Counted from the stretch's first letter, positions 39,619 to 50,275 are shown. The stretch is DNA of 64,000 nt from an uncultured virus (IMG/VR IMGVR_UViG_2724679346_000005) (IMGVR_UViG_2724679346_000005); one strand, 5' to 3'. A program made the numbers and translations. Notes: generated by a model not told the origin, from the sequence alone.

Positions 39619-40181
39619 GTGTACGCACTATAGATTTAGCTTTCGACCGTAAAAAGTTTCTTGAATTTGTGGAAACATCTGACGACTTAACCCCCGAAAT
39701 GATCGCAGATACATTGGAAGCGATCGAGGGTTCGTTGGGGGATAAACTGGATTCGGCTATGGCCGCTGTTCGTCATATCGAGGGGCAGGCTGAAATTTGC
39801 GACAAAGAATCAAAGCGCCTAGCCGGGCGCAAAAAAAGCTATCAAACAAGCGCCGGGCAATTACGCGACTATATGCTTCAGTGCCTTGTCATGGCTGAAA
39901 TGAAGGGGTTAAAAACGACGCAAAACACGTTTACGGCTGTTAAAGGGCGGGAGAAGTTAGTGGTCGAAAATGTGGAATCATTACCTGATGAGTATGTCGA
40001 TGTCGCCAGCCAAATTATCTATACCCCTAAAGCTGATGAAATCAAGAGCGCCATTAAAAAGGCAATGGAAGAGGCTGAAGCCAAAGCACTTGAGGAAGGT
40101 AAAGAGATAAGCGAGGTGTTTAAAAACCCAATACCAGGTGCGCGCATTGAAATTGGACCAAGATCTTTGCAGGTTCGTTAA
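39615..40181 (+). CDS. Gp157-family protein
   Basis: IADTLEAIEG, LPDEYV, IPGARIE..SLQVR. Confidence 0.8.
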   Translation: MSVRTIDLAFDRKKFLEFVETSDDLTPEMIADTLEAIEGSLGDKLDSAMAAVRHIEGQAEICDKESKRLAGRKKSYQTSAGQLRDYMLQCLVMAEMKGLKTTQNTFTAVKGREKLVVENVESLPDEYVDVASQIIYTPKADEIKSAIKKAMEEAEAKALEEGKEISEVFKNPIPGARIEIGPRSLQVR

Positions 40182-40225
40182 TTTATTCAGCCCCGGACCA
40201 ACGGGGCATTATTGAGGCAAGACCA

Positions 40226-40396
40226 ATGCTAAGAAAGACACAAAAGCGGCACGAGCTGGCGTATATAACACTTCCAGACGGGCGAACAGGAACTATCCAC
40301 ACTGATCGCCGCTGTGATGTTAACTACGATTTTCCGGTAGATGTGCTCATTAGTAGCACACCACCGCAACCAACCGCTGAAAAGGAGATCAGGTAA
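40226..40396 (+). CDS. Small CsrA/RsmA-like protein (56 aa, not in track)
   Basis: MLRKTQKRHELAYITLPDGRTGTIHTDRRCDVNYDFPVDVLISSTPPQPTAEKEIR; ungapped identity to E. coli CsrA at M1 L2 T5 E10 I14 T21 P37 V40; GAGG SD. Confidence 0.55.
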   Translation: MLRKTQKRHELAYITLPDGRTGTIHTDRRCDVNYDFPVDVLISSTPPQPTAEKEIR

Positions 40397-40551
40397 TGAT
40401 CCGTTCTCAACTCGCCGTATTCTTTATCACAGCAGGAACAGCCTTAATTTTTATCTATGGGGCCGAGGTCAGTGCTGTAGCTGCGTTTTCATTTGGTACC
40501 GGTTTGGCTATGGGGTGTTGGAGGCGTAGGAAAGTACCAATCCAAAGTTGA
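40396..40551 (+). CDS. Small membrane protein (51 aa, not in track)
   Basis: TAATG coupling, AAGGAG SD, two hydrophobic stretches then RRRK. Confidence 0.5.
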   Translation: MIRSQLAVFFITAGTALIFIYGAEVSAVAAFSFGTGLAMGCWRRRKVPIQS

Positions 40552-40621
40552 TTTTGCTTAATCGGAAATAATCAGCCGACCCCGCTAGCATGGTGGTAAA
40601 CCAACACCAGGGGAAACCATC

Positions 40622-40828
40622 ATGCAGCCATGGCAGCCGGGCAAACGGCTATTGACCGAGTTCGACATTAAGATTGGCAAGTTATCAGCCAGCGTACGCA
40701 AACAGCAACTCACCGACCAAGATATACAGCGGGCATGTTCTGAGACCGACAGAGCAATTTACCGAATGATACAGGGGCAAGACCATGAGAAACGACCACG
40801 ACATAATCACGAAAGAGGAGATGATTGA
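40622..40828 (+). CDS. Phage hypothetical protein
   Basis: 68 aa with AGGGG SD, upstream of xis. Confidence 0.6.
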   Translation: MQPWQPGKRLLTEFDIKIGKLSASVRKQQLTDQDIQRACSETDRAIYRMIQGQDHEKRPRHNHERGDD

Positions 40829-41021
40829 GCTGACCGGTCATCACTATAAAACTAAGCAATGTGAATCTTTGCGCCGGGCAGGAATATTTTTTATTGAACG
40901 CCCGGATGGTCACCCGAAAACAACCTGGGGCCATTTTTTAAATCCCGTCAGTTTACGTGGCAAGCATGCAGAACAAGAGAAAGAAGAGCCCGATTTTGAG
41001 GCTATGAATAGTGGCAGGTAA
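40785..41021 (+). CDS. Excisionase-like protein (DUF4224-like)
   Basis: ELTG..KQCESL..GIFFIERPDGHP..EEPDFEAM; overlaps int start. Confidence 0.75.
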   Translation: MRNDHDIITKEEMIELTGHHYKTKQCESLRRAGIFFIERPDGHPKTTWGHFLNPVSLRGKHAEQEKEEPDFEAMNSGR

Positions 41022-42027
41022 ACGTAAGAACGCCGCAGACAACTGGATGCCATCTCGTGTATTCCGAGGCCCTAGCGCTTATAACTTCAAACATCCGGAC
41101 GGGCGTACGATAAGACTGTGCGCACTTGACTCTACCCAGGCGGATGTCTGGGTTAATTATGAGAAATATATTGATCAGAAAAAAGACCAGCCAACGCTAA
41201 ATTCACTTGTTGAGTCTTTTTTCAGGTCGGTTGATTTTATTGATTTGGCAACAGAGACTCAGAAGGACTATCGGAAATACGCCATGAAATTACTACCGGT
41301 TTTCGGGGTCATGCACCCCGACAATATAAAGCCAGAGCATGTCAGAAAATACATGGATAAAAGAGGGTTGAGTAGCAGGACACAAGCAAACAGGGAAAAA
41401 ACGTTTATGTCTCGCACTTACCGATGGGGATATGAACGGGGATTTGTGAAAGGTAATCCATGCAAGGGAGTTAAGCAATTTAAAGAGGAAGCGAGAGAGC
41501 GTTATATTACTGATGAAGAATATAACGCAGTGTATCAAGTCGCACCTGATGTTGTACGGGCCACGATGGAAATAGCTTATCTGTGTCTCGCCAGGCAAGC
41601 AGATGTGCTTTCATTGCGTAAAGATCAGTTCAGAGAATCGGGGATATACATCAGGCAGGGTAAAACAGGGGCAAAACAAATCAAGGCATGGTCCGAACGA
41701 TTACGTGATGCCATCGCCATGGCTGAATCACTACCGATCAAACAAGGTGTAAGTAGCGTCTACATCATCAGACAACAAAACGGCCAGCGATATACACGCG
41801 ATGGATTTAACAGTCGATGGCGCAAAGCCAGAGAGGCGGCAAAAGAGGCAAATCCAAAGTTAGATTTTAATTTCACCTTCCATGACCTTAAAGCCAAGGG
41901 TATTTCTGATCTTGAAGGGACACTCAGTGAAAAACAGGCAATTTCAGGGCATAAAAACATGGGGCAAACAGCGAGGTATGACAGAAAAATAAAAATCGTG
42001 CCAGTAGTAGGTAATCAGAAAAAGTGA
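41011..42027 (+). CDS. int: Tyrosine integrase
   Basis: ARQAD (R), QGKTG (K), FHDLKAK, SGHK and TARYDR. Confidence 0.92.
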   Translation: MAGKRKNAADNWMPSRVFRGPSAYNFKHPDGRTIRLCALDSTQADVWVNYEKYIDQKKDQPTLNSLVESFFRSVDFIDLATETQKDYRKYAMKLLPVFGVMHPDNIKPEHVRKYMDKRGLSSRTQANREKTFMSRTYRWGYERGFVKGNPCKGVKQFKEEARERYITDEEYNAVYQVAPDVVRATMEIAYLCLARQADVLSLRKDQFRESGIYIRQGKTGAKQIKAWSERLRDAIAMAESLPIKQGVSSVYIIRQQNGQRYTRDGFNSRWRKAREAAKEANPKLDFNFTFHDLKAKGISDLEGTLSEKQAISGHKNMGQTARYDRKIKIVPVVGNQKK

Positions 42028-42051
42028 ATTTTTATGCATTAGTTGAATTTT

Positions 42052-42075
42052 ATGTTCCTAACGCATGTTCCTAAC
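42052..42075 (+). repeat. Direct repeat, likely Int arm-type sites
   Basis: ATGTTCCTAAC at 42052 and 42065, just after int and next to the gap. Confidence 0.5.
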
Positions 42076-42229
42076 NNNNNNNNNNNNNNNNNNNNNNNNN
42101 NNNNNNNNNNNNNNNNNNNNNNNNNNNNNNNNNNNNNNNNNNNNNNNNNGGCTATATTGTTCCCGACTGGCCGCCAGTCGTATAGCCCTGCTCAACAACC
42201 CCGCCAGCCGGGGTTGTTGGTTTCTCTGT

Positions 42230-42247
42230 TGTGCCACCCCTCACACA
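42230..42247 (+). promoter_or_regulatory. Ogr-dependent late promoter element upstream of FI
   Basis: TGT-N12-ACA (TGTGCCACCCCTCACACA) after a strong hairpin at 42193-42219. Confidence 0.6.
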
Positions 42248-42318
42248 ATCCTCATCACCTGCCCCGCGCACAGTAATCCGGCATCATAGCGAATGAACGC
42301 TTAACCGGAGAAAACCGC

Positions 42319-43494
42319 ATGTCTGCAACCGATTACCACCACGGTGTGCGCGTCATTGAAATCAGCGAAGGCACCCGCCCGATCCGCACTGTCAGTACGG
42401 CGGTGGTCGGGATGGTCTGTACTTCCGATGATGCTGACGCCACCCTGTTTCCACTCAATACCCCGGTATTACTCACCGATGTGCTGGCCGCCAGCGGCAA
42501 AGCCGGTGAAACCGGCACATTAGCCCATTCACTGGATGCTATCAGCGACCAAACCAAACCACTGACCGTCGTTGTCCGGGTGGCGCAGGGTGAAACCGAA
42601 GCTGAAACCACGTCAAATATTATTGGCGGAATAGCACCAGATGGCCGTTATACCGGCATGAAAGCGCTGTTAGCGGCGCAGGGTAAGTTTGACGTCAAGC
42701 CCCGTATTTTAGGGGTTCCCGGTCATGACACTCTGGCGGTATCCACTGAGCTACTTTCCATCGCTCAGAGCCTACGTGCCTTTGCCTACATCAGCGCCTA
42801 CGGTTGCAAAACCAAAGAAGAGGCCATTATCTACCGCGATAACTTCAGTCAGCGCGAAGCGATGGTGATTTGGCCCGATTTCCTCAGTTGGGACACGGTC
42901 ACTAACGCCGAAACCACCGCTTACGCCACGGCTCGCGCCCTCGGCTTGCGTGCCAAAATTGATAATGATGTTGGCTGGCATAAAACGCTGTCTAACGTCG
43001 GGGTGAATGGCGTCACCGGTATCAGTGCGGATGTGTTCTGGGATCTGCAAAACAGCGCCACCGATGCCAATTTGCTTAACAGCAAAGATGTCACCACGCT
43101 GATCCGCAAAGATGGCTACCGTTTTTGGGGTTCCCGCTCCTGTTCCGATGATCCGCTGTTTGCCTTTGAGAACTACACCCGCACCGCGCAGGTACTGGCT
43201 GACACTATGGCCGAGGCCCATATGTGGGCTAACGATAAGCCGCTTACCCCGTCACTGGCAAAAGACATTATTGAGGGTATTCGCGCCAAAATGCGCGAGC
43301 TGAAATCATTGGGTTATCTGATTGATGGTGACTGCTGGTACGACGACAGCGTAAACGATAAAGACACACTAAAGGCTGGCCGCCTGTTTATTGATTACGA
43401 CTATACGCCTGTGCCGCCGCTGGAAGATTTAACCCTGCGCCAACGCATTACTGATCGTTATCTGGCTAATTTCGCCGCCGCCGTTAACAGCTAA
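42319..43494 (+). CDS. FI: P2-type tail sheath
   Basis: [26 protein letters not shown] and PVPPLE. Confidence 0.95.
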   Translation: MSATDYHHGVRVIEISEGTRPIRTVSTAVVGMVCTSDDADATLFPLNTPVLLTDVLAASGKAGETGTLAHSLDAISDQTKPLTVVVRVAQGETEAETTSNIIGGIAPDGRYTGMKALLAAQGKFDVKPRILGVPGHDTLAVSTELLSIAQSLRAFAYISAYGCKTKEEAIIYRDNFSQREAMVIWPDFLSWDTVTNAETTAYATARALGLRAKIDNDVGWHKTLSNVGVNGVTGISADVFWDLQNSATDANLLNSKDVTTLIRKDGYRFWGSRSCSDDPLFAFENYTRTAQVLADTMAEAHMWANDKPLTPSLAKDIIEGIRAKMRELKSLGYLIDGDCWYDDSVNDKDTLKAGRLFIDYDYTPVPPLEDLTLRQRITDRYLANFAAAVNS

Positions 43495-43505
43495 GGAGCG
43501 TAACT

Positions 43506-44021
43506 ATGGCATTACCACGCAAGCTTAAGTTCCTCAATGTGTTCAATGACGGGAACAGCTATCAGGGGGTGGTTGAATCCATCACCTTGCCAAAATTAAA
43601 CCGCAAATTTGAAGACTTTCGCGGGGGCGGGATGAATGGCAGCGCCAAGGTCGATTTGGGGCTGGCTGATGGGGCGCTGGACGTTGACTGGACGCTGGGC
43701 GGTATTGAGTCCGAGATCTACAAGCAATGGGGCGTGACCAAAGTCGATGGTGTGTTACTGCGTTTTGCTGGCTCCTATCAGCGCGACGATACCGGCGAAA
43801 CCCACGCGGTAGAAATTGTCCTCCGTGGTCGCCACGAAGAAATCGACGGCGGTGACAGCAAACAAGGCGATAACAGCACCACAAAAATCTCCACAAAATG
43901 TACTTACTACAAATTGGCATGGGATGGCGAAGTGCTGATCGAGATCGACATTGTGAACATGGTCGAAATGGTCAGCGGCGTCGATATGCTGGAAGCCCAC
44001 CGCCGCAACATCGGCCTGTAA
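43506..44021 (+). CDS. FII: P2-type tail tube
   Basis: MALPRKLK..RGGGM..HRRNIGL. Confidence 0.95.
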   Translation: MALPRKLKFLNVFNDGNSYQGVVESITLPKLNRKFEDFRGGGMNGSAKVDLGLADGALDVDWTLGGIESEIYKQWGVTKVDGVLLRFAGSYQRDDTGETHAVEIVLRGRHEEIDGGDSKQGDNSTTKISTKCTYYKLAWDGEVLIEIDIVNMVEMVSGVDMLEAHRRNIGL

Positions 44022-44074
44022 TATCACGGTGCGGATAACTCCGCGCCTTTACCCCTTATTTATTGGTAACCATT

Positions 44075-44422
44075 ATGAGCAAGATAACCACTGTAGATGC
44101 ATTACCGTCCGTGCCTGTCGAGACTTCTGCTGATGCCTTTAACGTAGTCACATTAGATGCGCCGATCATGCGAGGTAATACAACAATCACGCAGATCACG
44201 GTCAATAAACCCAATACCGGCGCATTGCGCGGCGCCAAATTGCAGGCACTGCTTGATACCGATGTTGATGCGTTGATCCGTGTGCTGCCTCGCGTCACCA
44301 CCCCTAACCTGACCGTGCCAGAAATCAACAATTTGGAACCAGCCGATATTTACGCGTTATCGCAGGCACTGGCGCTTTTTTTCTTACCGAACTCGGTGCG
44401 GTCAGATTTCCTGACAGCTTAA
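44075..44422 (+). CDS. E: Tail assembly chaperone E
   Basis: TLDAPI.RG, P..GALRG, DVDALI.VLPR. Confidence 0.9.
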   Translation: MSKITTVDALPSVPVETSADAFNVVTLDAPIMRGNTTITQITVNKPNTGALRGAKLQALLDTDVDALIRVLPRVTTPNLTVPEINNLEPADIYALSQALALFFLPNSVRSDFLTA

Positions 44423-44556
44423 CCGTTGACGATTTGATAGCGGATATTGCGATAACCTTTCACTGGCCGCCCTCCGCTACCGAAGAGATGTCCTTAGGTG
44501 AACTTTTAGAGTGGCGACATAAAGCCATTATCCGCAACGGGGGCAGTGATGAGTGA
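44376..44556 (+). CDS. E' extension via -1 frameshift at T7 run 44376-44382
   Basis: -1 frame reads LTVDDLIADIAITFHWPPS..ELLEWRHKA..SDE*, typical of P2 E'. Confidence 0.8.
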
Positions 44557-47483
44557 TAAGAACCTCCGTTTGCGGGTTTCCTTAAGTGCCATAGATAAAA
44601 TCACCCGGCCATTTAAATCTATGTTGGCCAGCAATAAAACGCTGGCTGCATCCATCAAAACGACGAAAGACCAGCTTAAGCAACTCAATGGCCAGGCGGC
44701 CAAAATTGAGGGTTTTCGTCAGAATAAAGCCGCTGTTGATCGTGCCGCACAGGCGTTGACTGCCGCCCGCGATAAAGCGCGTCAACTCGCCACTGAATTA
44801 AAAAACAGCGCAGCGCCTACAGCTAAGCAGGCGAGAGAGTTTAAGCGTGCCAGTGAAGAGGCCGCAAAACTCAAGCAAAAGTACAATGACTTACGTACCG
44901 CACTCCACACCCAGCGTGCCGCCTTACAAAGCAGCGGCGTTGCCACTAATCGACTGGGACAAGCACAGCGAACCCTTAAAGCCAGCATCACCAGCACCAC
45001 CGCCGCGCTGGCCGCACAACAACGCCGGTTAGCGCAACAAGCCCAACAACAGCAACGCCTGAATGCCGCCCGCAATCGCTTTGATGCCAGCAATCAGCGC
45101 AAAGCGGTAGCCGCCGGATTAGGGTATACCTCGTTTGCTACCGGCCGCGCCATGGGTCGGGGGATAACCAAAACGTTGGGTGTGGGTTATGAATTTGACG
45201 CGATGATGAGCAAAACCCAGGCCGTTACCCGCATTCCGGATAAAAACGCGGAGGATATGCAGGCGATGCGTCACCAGGCCCGTACCCTGCCACTCTCATC
45301 CAAGTTTACCGATCTGGAAGTGGCTGAAGGCCAATACTTTCTTGGCCGCACTGGCTATAGCCCGAAACAGGTTATGGGGGCAATGCCCGGTATGCTTAAC
45401 CTCGCCGCTGCCGGAGGGATTGATCTTGCTACTGCTGCCGATATTGCTTCCAATATTCAAACCGCCATGGGTATTCCAGCGGAGAAAATGGATCACGTTG
45501 CCGATGTGCTAACAGCCCTCTTCACCCGGAATAACGTCGATATCCCGATGCTGGGTGAATCGCTTAAGTACTCTGCCGGTGTGGGTCGCGAATACGGCCA
45601 GAGTCTGGAAACCGTGGCGGCGGCCACAGCTATGCTGGGTAGCGCTGGTATTCAAGGCAGTCAGGCCGGTACCACTATGCGCAGTATCTTGAGCCGTATT
45701 GGTGGCTCTAAAACCGTGAAAGATTTGGGCGTCAAAACTGCCGATAAAGACGGCAATATGCGTGATCTGGTTGATATTCTTAAAGATATCAACGAGAAAA
45801 CCGCAAAAATGGGTAATGTTGAGCGCGGTGCAATCTATAAAAGCATTGCCGGACAATATGCCGTTACCGGATTTGGCGTGTTAATGAATGCTGCCGAGGA
45901 TGGATCGTTGGAGCAGATGCGAGGCCAGCCCGGCCAGTATGATGGTGAATCAAACCTCGTAGCTTCAACCATGCTCGACAACCTAAAAGGCGATATGACC
46001 ATTCTCCATGCCGCCATGGAGAATATCAGTGTTGAGTTATTTGAGAAGAATAACGACTGGCTACGTTCGGCGGCAAAAGGCATCAGTGAATTTATGCACG
46101 GCGTGGCTGAATTCCTTAAGGCTCATCCCGGCGTGAGTACTGCGATTGTAAAAGTGGGTACCGTTGTCGCCATTGCAACCGCCGCATTCGGGGCGCTGGC
46201 GATTGCTGCCGTGGGTATTTTAGGCCCCTTCGCCCTGCTCCGTTTTACTACCTCAGTGCTGGGGATCCGCTTATTGCCGCGCTTGTCGTTGAGTCTGTTT
46301 CGACTGGCAAGTATCACGCCCATTACAGGTGCGCAAATTGGCAACTTTAGCCGCTCACTGCTCGTGATGTCTCAACAGGGCGGCCGCTCAGCCATCGCCA
46401 GTTTAAAAGGGTTGGGTCAAGGTCTGGTGAACGTGGCCCGCTCGCCAGTGAAATCGGCCGTCAGTGGCTTTACGTTACTCGGTAATGGTATTAGCTGGCT
46501 GGCTAAATCCCCGCTTAGGTTCCTGCGTTTCGCGCTCGGTGGCCTGGGTAGCATGTTGGGTATCCTGATCAGCCCGATTGGGTTAATTGCCGCGGCAATC
46601 GTGGGTGCTGGCTTATTGATTTACAAGTACTGGCAACCGATTAAAGCGTTCCTTGGGGGGGTGGTAGAGGGCTTTATGCAGGCCGCCGCACCGATTAAAG
46701 AGGCGCTTAAACCGCTGGGGCCGGTGTTTGACTGGATTGGTGATGCAGTCAAAAACGTGTGGAACTGGTTTAAAAAGTTACTGGAACCGGTGCAATCAAC
46801 CACGGCCGATTTAAACCGCGCCGCTAATGCCGGTAAGGCCTTTGGTCAGTTTTTGGCTGACGGCATTGGACTGGCCATGATACCGATAAATGCGTTGATC
46901 TCATCCATTAAATGGGTACTTGAAAAACTGGATGAAGTAAAGCAACGCTCTGACAAAACCCAGGCACTGGCGCAGGCAAACCCAGCCACTGCCGCGGGCC
47001 CGGGTAACTACGGCGTGGCGTGGAAACCAGCGCAAACGAAAAGCACCTATATCGAAAGTAAATATACCGGGGCATATGATAACGGCGGTACCATCCCGCT
47101 CGGAAAATTTGGCGTGGTAGGTGAATATGGCCCGGAAATCATCAACGGCCCGGCACAGGTCACCAGCCGCCNNNNNNNNNNNNNNNNNNNNNACCCCCGC
47201 CGCTATGGCGGTTGCGGCTTCCATGCTATTCAGTGGCTACCCGGCCAGCGCCGCGCCGCTCCATCCTTACAGTTTACCGGCGGCACAGTACCGCAGTAGC
47301 AACGGTCAGACAAATAATCATCAGCAAAATCAAACCAGCCATGCTGCGCCAGTTATCAATATTTACCCGACGCCACAGCAGGATGCGCAGGATATTGCCC
47401 GCGAGGTGGCCCGCCAGCTGGCCGCCCACAACCGCAGGGAACAGAGCAAATCAAACCGCAGTTATCAAGACCATGACGACTAA
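44549..47483 (+). CDS. T: Tape measure protein T, spans gap 47172-47192
   Basis: Long helical ORF; C-terminal part continues after the gap to the stop at 47483. Confidence 0.85.
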
Positions 47484-47494
47484 GGAGCAATAAC

Positions 47495-47959
47495 ATGATG
47501 ATGGCACTGGGGATGTTTGTCTTTATGCGGCAAACCACCCCTTATCAAGATTTTCAACATCAGATGGCGTGGCGGCATCCGTCAAATGCCCGTTTTGGTC
47601 TCCGCTCATCCAGTCAATTTTTAGGGCCAGATGAAGAATCCATTACCTTATCCGGTGTGTTGTATCCAGAGCTGACCGGCGGCAAGCTTTCATTAATGGC
47701 CTTGCAACTGATGGCAGAAACCGGCAAGGCCTGGTCACTGATTGAAGGGAACGGCGCGATCCATGGCATGTTTGTCATTGAGAGCCTGGAACGCACTAAA
47801 AGTATTTTTTTCAGTGATGGGTCAGCCCGTAAAATTGAATTTACGCTTAGCTTAAAACGTACCGATGAATCACTAAAAGAGATGTTTGGGGAGCTGTCTC
47901 AGCAATTTGACGATATCGCCAGCAGCGTATCGAACACCGCCGCCGGATTATTATCATGA
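47495..47959 (+). CDS. U: Tail protein U
   Basis: MMMALGMFVF, WRHPSN, ITLSGVLYPELTGG. Confidence 0.93.
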   Translation: MMMALGMFVFMRQTTPYQDFQHQMAWRHPSNARFGLRSSSQFLGPDEESITLSGVLYPELTGGKLSLMALQLMAETGKAWSLIEGNGAIHGMFVIESLERTKSIFFSDGSARKIEFTLSLKRTDESLKEMFGELSQQFDDIASSVSNTAAGLLS

Positions 47960-49050
47960 TAAGCATTGATACCGGGCATAACGAACCCGATTATTCTATT
48001 TCCGTGGATGGCATAGATAAAACGGGTGGCATTAAAAAGCGCCTAATGTCATTGACGTTAACTGATAACCGGGGCTTTGAAGCCGATCAATTAGATATTG
48101 AGTTTGATGACGCGGACGGTAAAGTGGAGTTACCGCGCCGTGGCGCTAAAATAGCGGTATCACTCGGCTGGAAAGGCGCGGCGCTGATCGATAAAGGTAC
48201 ATTTACCGTAGATGAAATAGAACACAGTGGCGCGCCGGATAAGCTGACTGTTCGCGCTCGCAGTGCGGATTTTCGTGAAACGCTCAATATTCGCCGGGAT
48301 CAGTCTTACCATAAGACCACTATTGGCGGGATAATTAAAACCGTTGCCGAGCGGAATAAACTCGCCCCAACATTAAATAAAACCATGTCTGATTTGACCA
48401 TTGACCATATAGACCAAACCAACGAATCAGACGGTAATTTTATTACCCGACTGGCGAAACAATACGGTGCTATTGCCGCTGTGAAAAATGGCAATCTGTT
48501 ATTTATCCGTCAGGGCCAGTCGAAAACCGCCAGCGGTAAACCGATCCCGGCCATGACTATTATTCGCAGTCTGGGCGACGGCCATCAGTTTAGTATGGCT
48601 GACCGGGGCGCTTATACCGGCGTTGTCGCCAACTGGCTGAATACTCGCACCACCGAAAAGCCAGTGGTTAAGGTCAAGCGAAAACGCAAACGTAAGGCGA
48701 CCACTGCCGCCAAGCCCAAAGAGCCCGAAGAGAAACAGGGCGAATATCTGATCGGTACTGATGAGAATGTGCTGATCTTACGCACCACTTACGCCAGTAA
48801 AAACAATGCACAGCGGGCGGCAAAATCAAACTGGGAACGGCTGCAACGGGGCGCGGCGAAATTCTCTATTCAACTGGCGAAAGGGCGTGCGGATCTCTAT
48901 CCCGAGGTGCCGGTTAAAGTTACTGGATTCAAAAAACAGATTGATGAAGCAGATTGGACGCTGGTCACGGTGACCCATTCCGTGAGTGACAGCGGTTTTA
49001 CTACCGCGCTGGAATTAGAGGTGAAAATAGATGATTTGGATATGGAATGA
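47956..49050 (+). CDS. D: Late control/baseplate hub protein D
   Basis: DNRGFEADQL, HIDQTNESD, GRADLYPE. Confidence 0.93.
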   Translation: MISIDTGHNEPDYSISVDGIDKTGGIKKRLMSLTLTDNRGFEADQLDIEFDDADGKVELPRRGAKIAVSLGWKGAALIDKGTFTVDEIEHSGAPDKLTVRARSADFRETLNIRRDQSYHKTTIGGIIKTVAERNKLAPTLNKTMSDLTIDHIDQTNESDGNFITRLAKQYGAIAAVKNGNLLFIRQGQSKTASGKPIPAMTIIRSLGDGHQFSMADRGAYTGVVANWLNTRTTEKPVVKVKRKRKRKATTAAKPKEPEEKQGEYLIGTDENVLILRTTYASKNNAQRAAKSNWERLQRGAAKFSIQLAKGRADLYPEVPVKVTGFKKQIDEADWTLVTVTHSVSDSGFTTALELEVKIDDLDME

Positions 49051-49124
49051 TGATTTTTAATCAATAATAACGCATAATTATCATTAATACCGACCACAGT
49101 CGGGATGATAACGGACTCGCTATC

Positions 49125-49340
49125 ATGTTCAATTGCCCTTTATGCCATCAGGCAGCACACACCCGCAGCAGTAGCCAGGTAACCACCGAAACCAAAGAGC
49201 GCTATCACCAGTGCACCAATGTGAATTGTGGCCATACATTCGTAACGATGGAAAGTTTTATGCGTTCTATATCGAAGCCCGGCGAGATTAACCCGGTGAT
49301 GCCCCACCCACAAACCGGCGGCCAGGTGGTCATGTTCTGA
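49125..49340 (+). CDS. ogr: Ogr/Delta zinc-finger late activator
   Basis: CPLC..AHTRSS..ERYHQCTNVNCGHTF. Confidence 0.95.
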   Translation: MFNCPLCHQAAHTRSSSQVTTETKERYHQCTNVNCGHTFVTMESFMRSISKPGEINPVMPHPQTGGQVVMF

Positions 49341-49374
49341 CGGCTGGAAATAAATTTATTTACCCGACGCTCAT

Positions 49375-49396
49375 CCCGCTTTTGCGGGTTTTTTTT
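49375..49396 (+). terminator. Intrinsic terminator after ogr
   Basis: CCCGC-TTTT-GCGGG followed by a T-run. Confidence 0.75.
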
Positions 49397-49833
49397 CGCC
49401 TAGAACTCACTAAAACTATCTTGCTCAAAAAATCTNNNNNNNNNNNNNNNNNNNNNNNNNNNNNNNNNNNNNNNNNNNNNNNNNNNNNNNNNNNNNNNNN
49501 NNNNNNNNNNNNNNNNNNNNNNNNNNNNNNNNNNNNNNNNNNNNNNNNNNNNNNNNNNNNNNNNNNNNNNNNNNNNNNNNNNNNNNNNNNNNNNNNNNNN
49601 NNNNNNNNNNNNNNNNNNNNNNNNNNNNNNNNNNNNNNNNNNNNNNNNNNNNNNNNNNNNNNNNNNNNNNNNNNNNNNNNNNNNNNNNNNNNNNNNNNNN
49701 NNNNNNNNNNNNNNNNNNNNNNNNNNNNNNNNNNNNNNNNNNNNNNNNNNNNNNNNNNNNNNNNNNNNNNNNNNNNNNNNNNNNNNNNNNNNNACATACT
49801 CGTACTACTTTGTTTTACTTAGAATATTTTCCA

Positions 49834-49919
49834 TGGTGCCCGGGGCGGGACTTGAACCCGCACAGCCATAAGCCGAGGGATTTTAAATCCCTTGTGTCTA
49901 CCGATTTCACCACCCGGGC
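49834..49919 (-). tRNA. leuZ: tRNA-Leu(TAA)
   Basis: GCCCGGG acceptor stem, TAA anticodon, long variable arm, GTTCAAG, CCA. Confidence 0.95.
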
Positions 49920-49929
49920 TCTGGAAAAC

Positions 49930-50003
49930 TGGAGGCGCGTCCCGGAGTCGAACCGAGGTAGACGGATTTGCAATCCGTAGCATGGCCACTCTGCCAACGC
50001 GCC
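49930..50003 (-). tRNA. cysT: tRNA-Cys(GCA)
   Basis: GGCGCGT acceptor stem, GCA anticodon, UCCA end. Confidence 0.95.
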
Positions 50004-50055
50004 TTATTCTTCTTTGCCTTTACAGCTAAGGTTCGCTAATGCCAACCTATTAATT

Positions 50056-50131
<76 letters not shown>

Positions 50132-50275
50132 AACATCAGAACCTACTGATTCTTTTGCTATCTTTCGACATTTCGTTGCTGCCGTCTGATGCGATGCATT
50201 CTACTTACCTGACGCAATGAGTCAATAAAATTATCTGAATTATTCGTTCGTTTGCTGCTTTTTACGGCGCTTCGA

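Larger units (their letters stand above)
1..42075. mobile_element. Temperate prophage with lambdoid regulation and contractile-tail structural module; left end outside window
   Basis: Contiguous tail, baseplate, head, terminase, lysis, Q, replication, immunity, recombination, xis and int modules in canonical order; ends at an assembly gap just after int. Confidence 0.95.
42150..49435 (+). mobile_element. P2/186-like prophage, right arm (FI to ogr)
   Basis: FI, FII, E/E', T, U, D, ogr in P2 order. Confidence 0.95.

Noticed and set aside
36817..40785. Recurrent 12-mer as CRISPR or transposon repeats
   Set aside because: Too short, irregularly spaced, tied to gene starts; no cas or transposase gene
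47121..47493. Tape measure frameshift or separate ORFs
   Set aside because: The frame change coincides with a gap of estimated length
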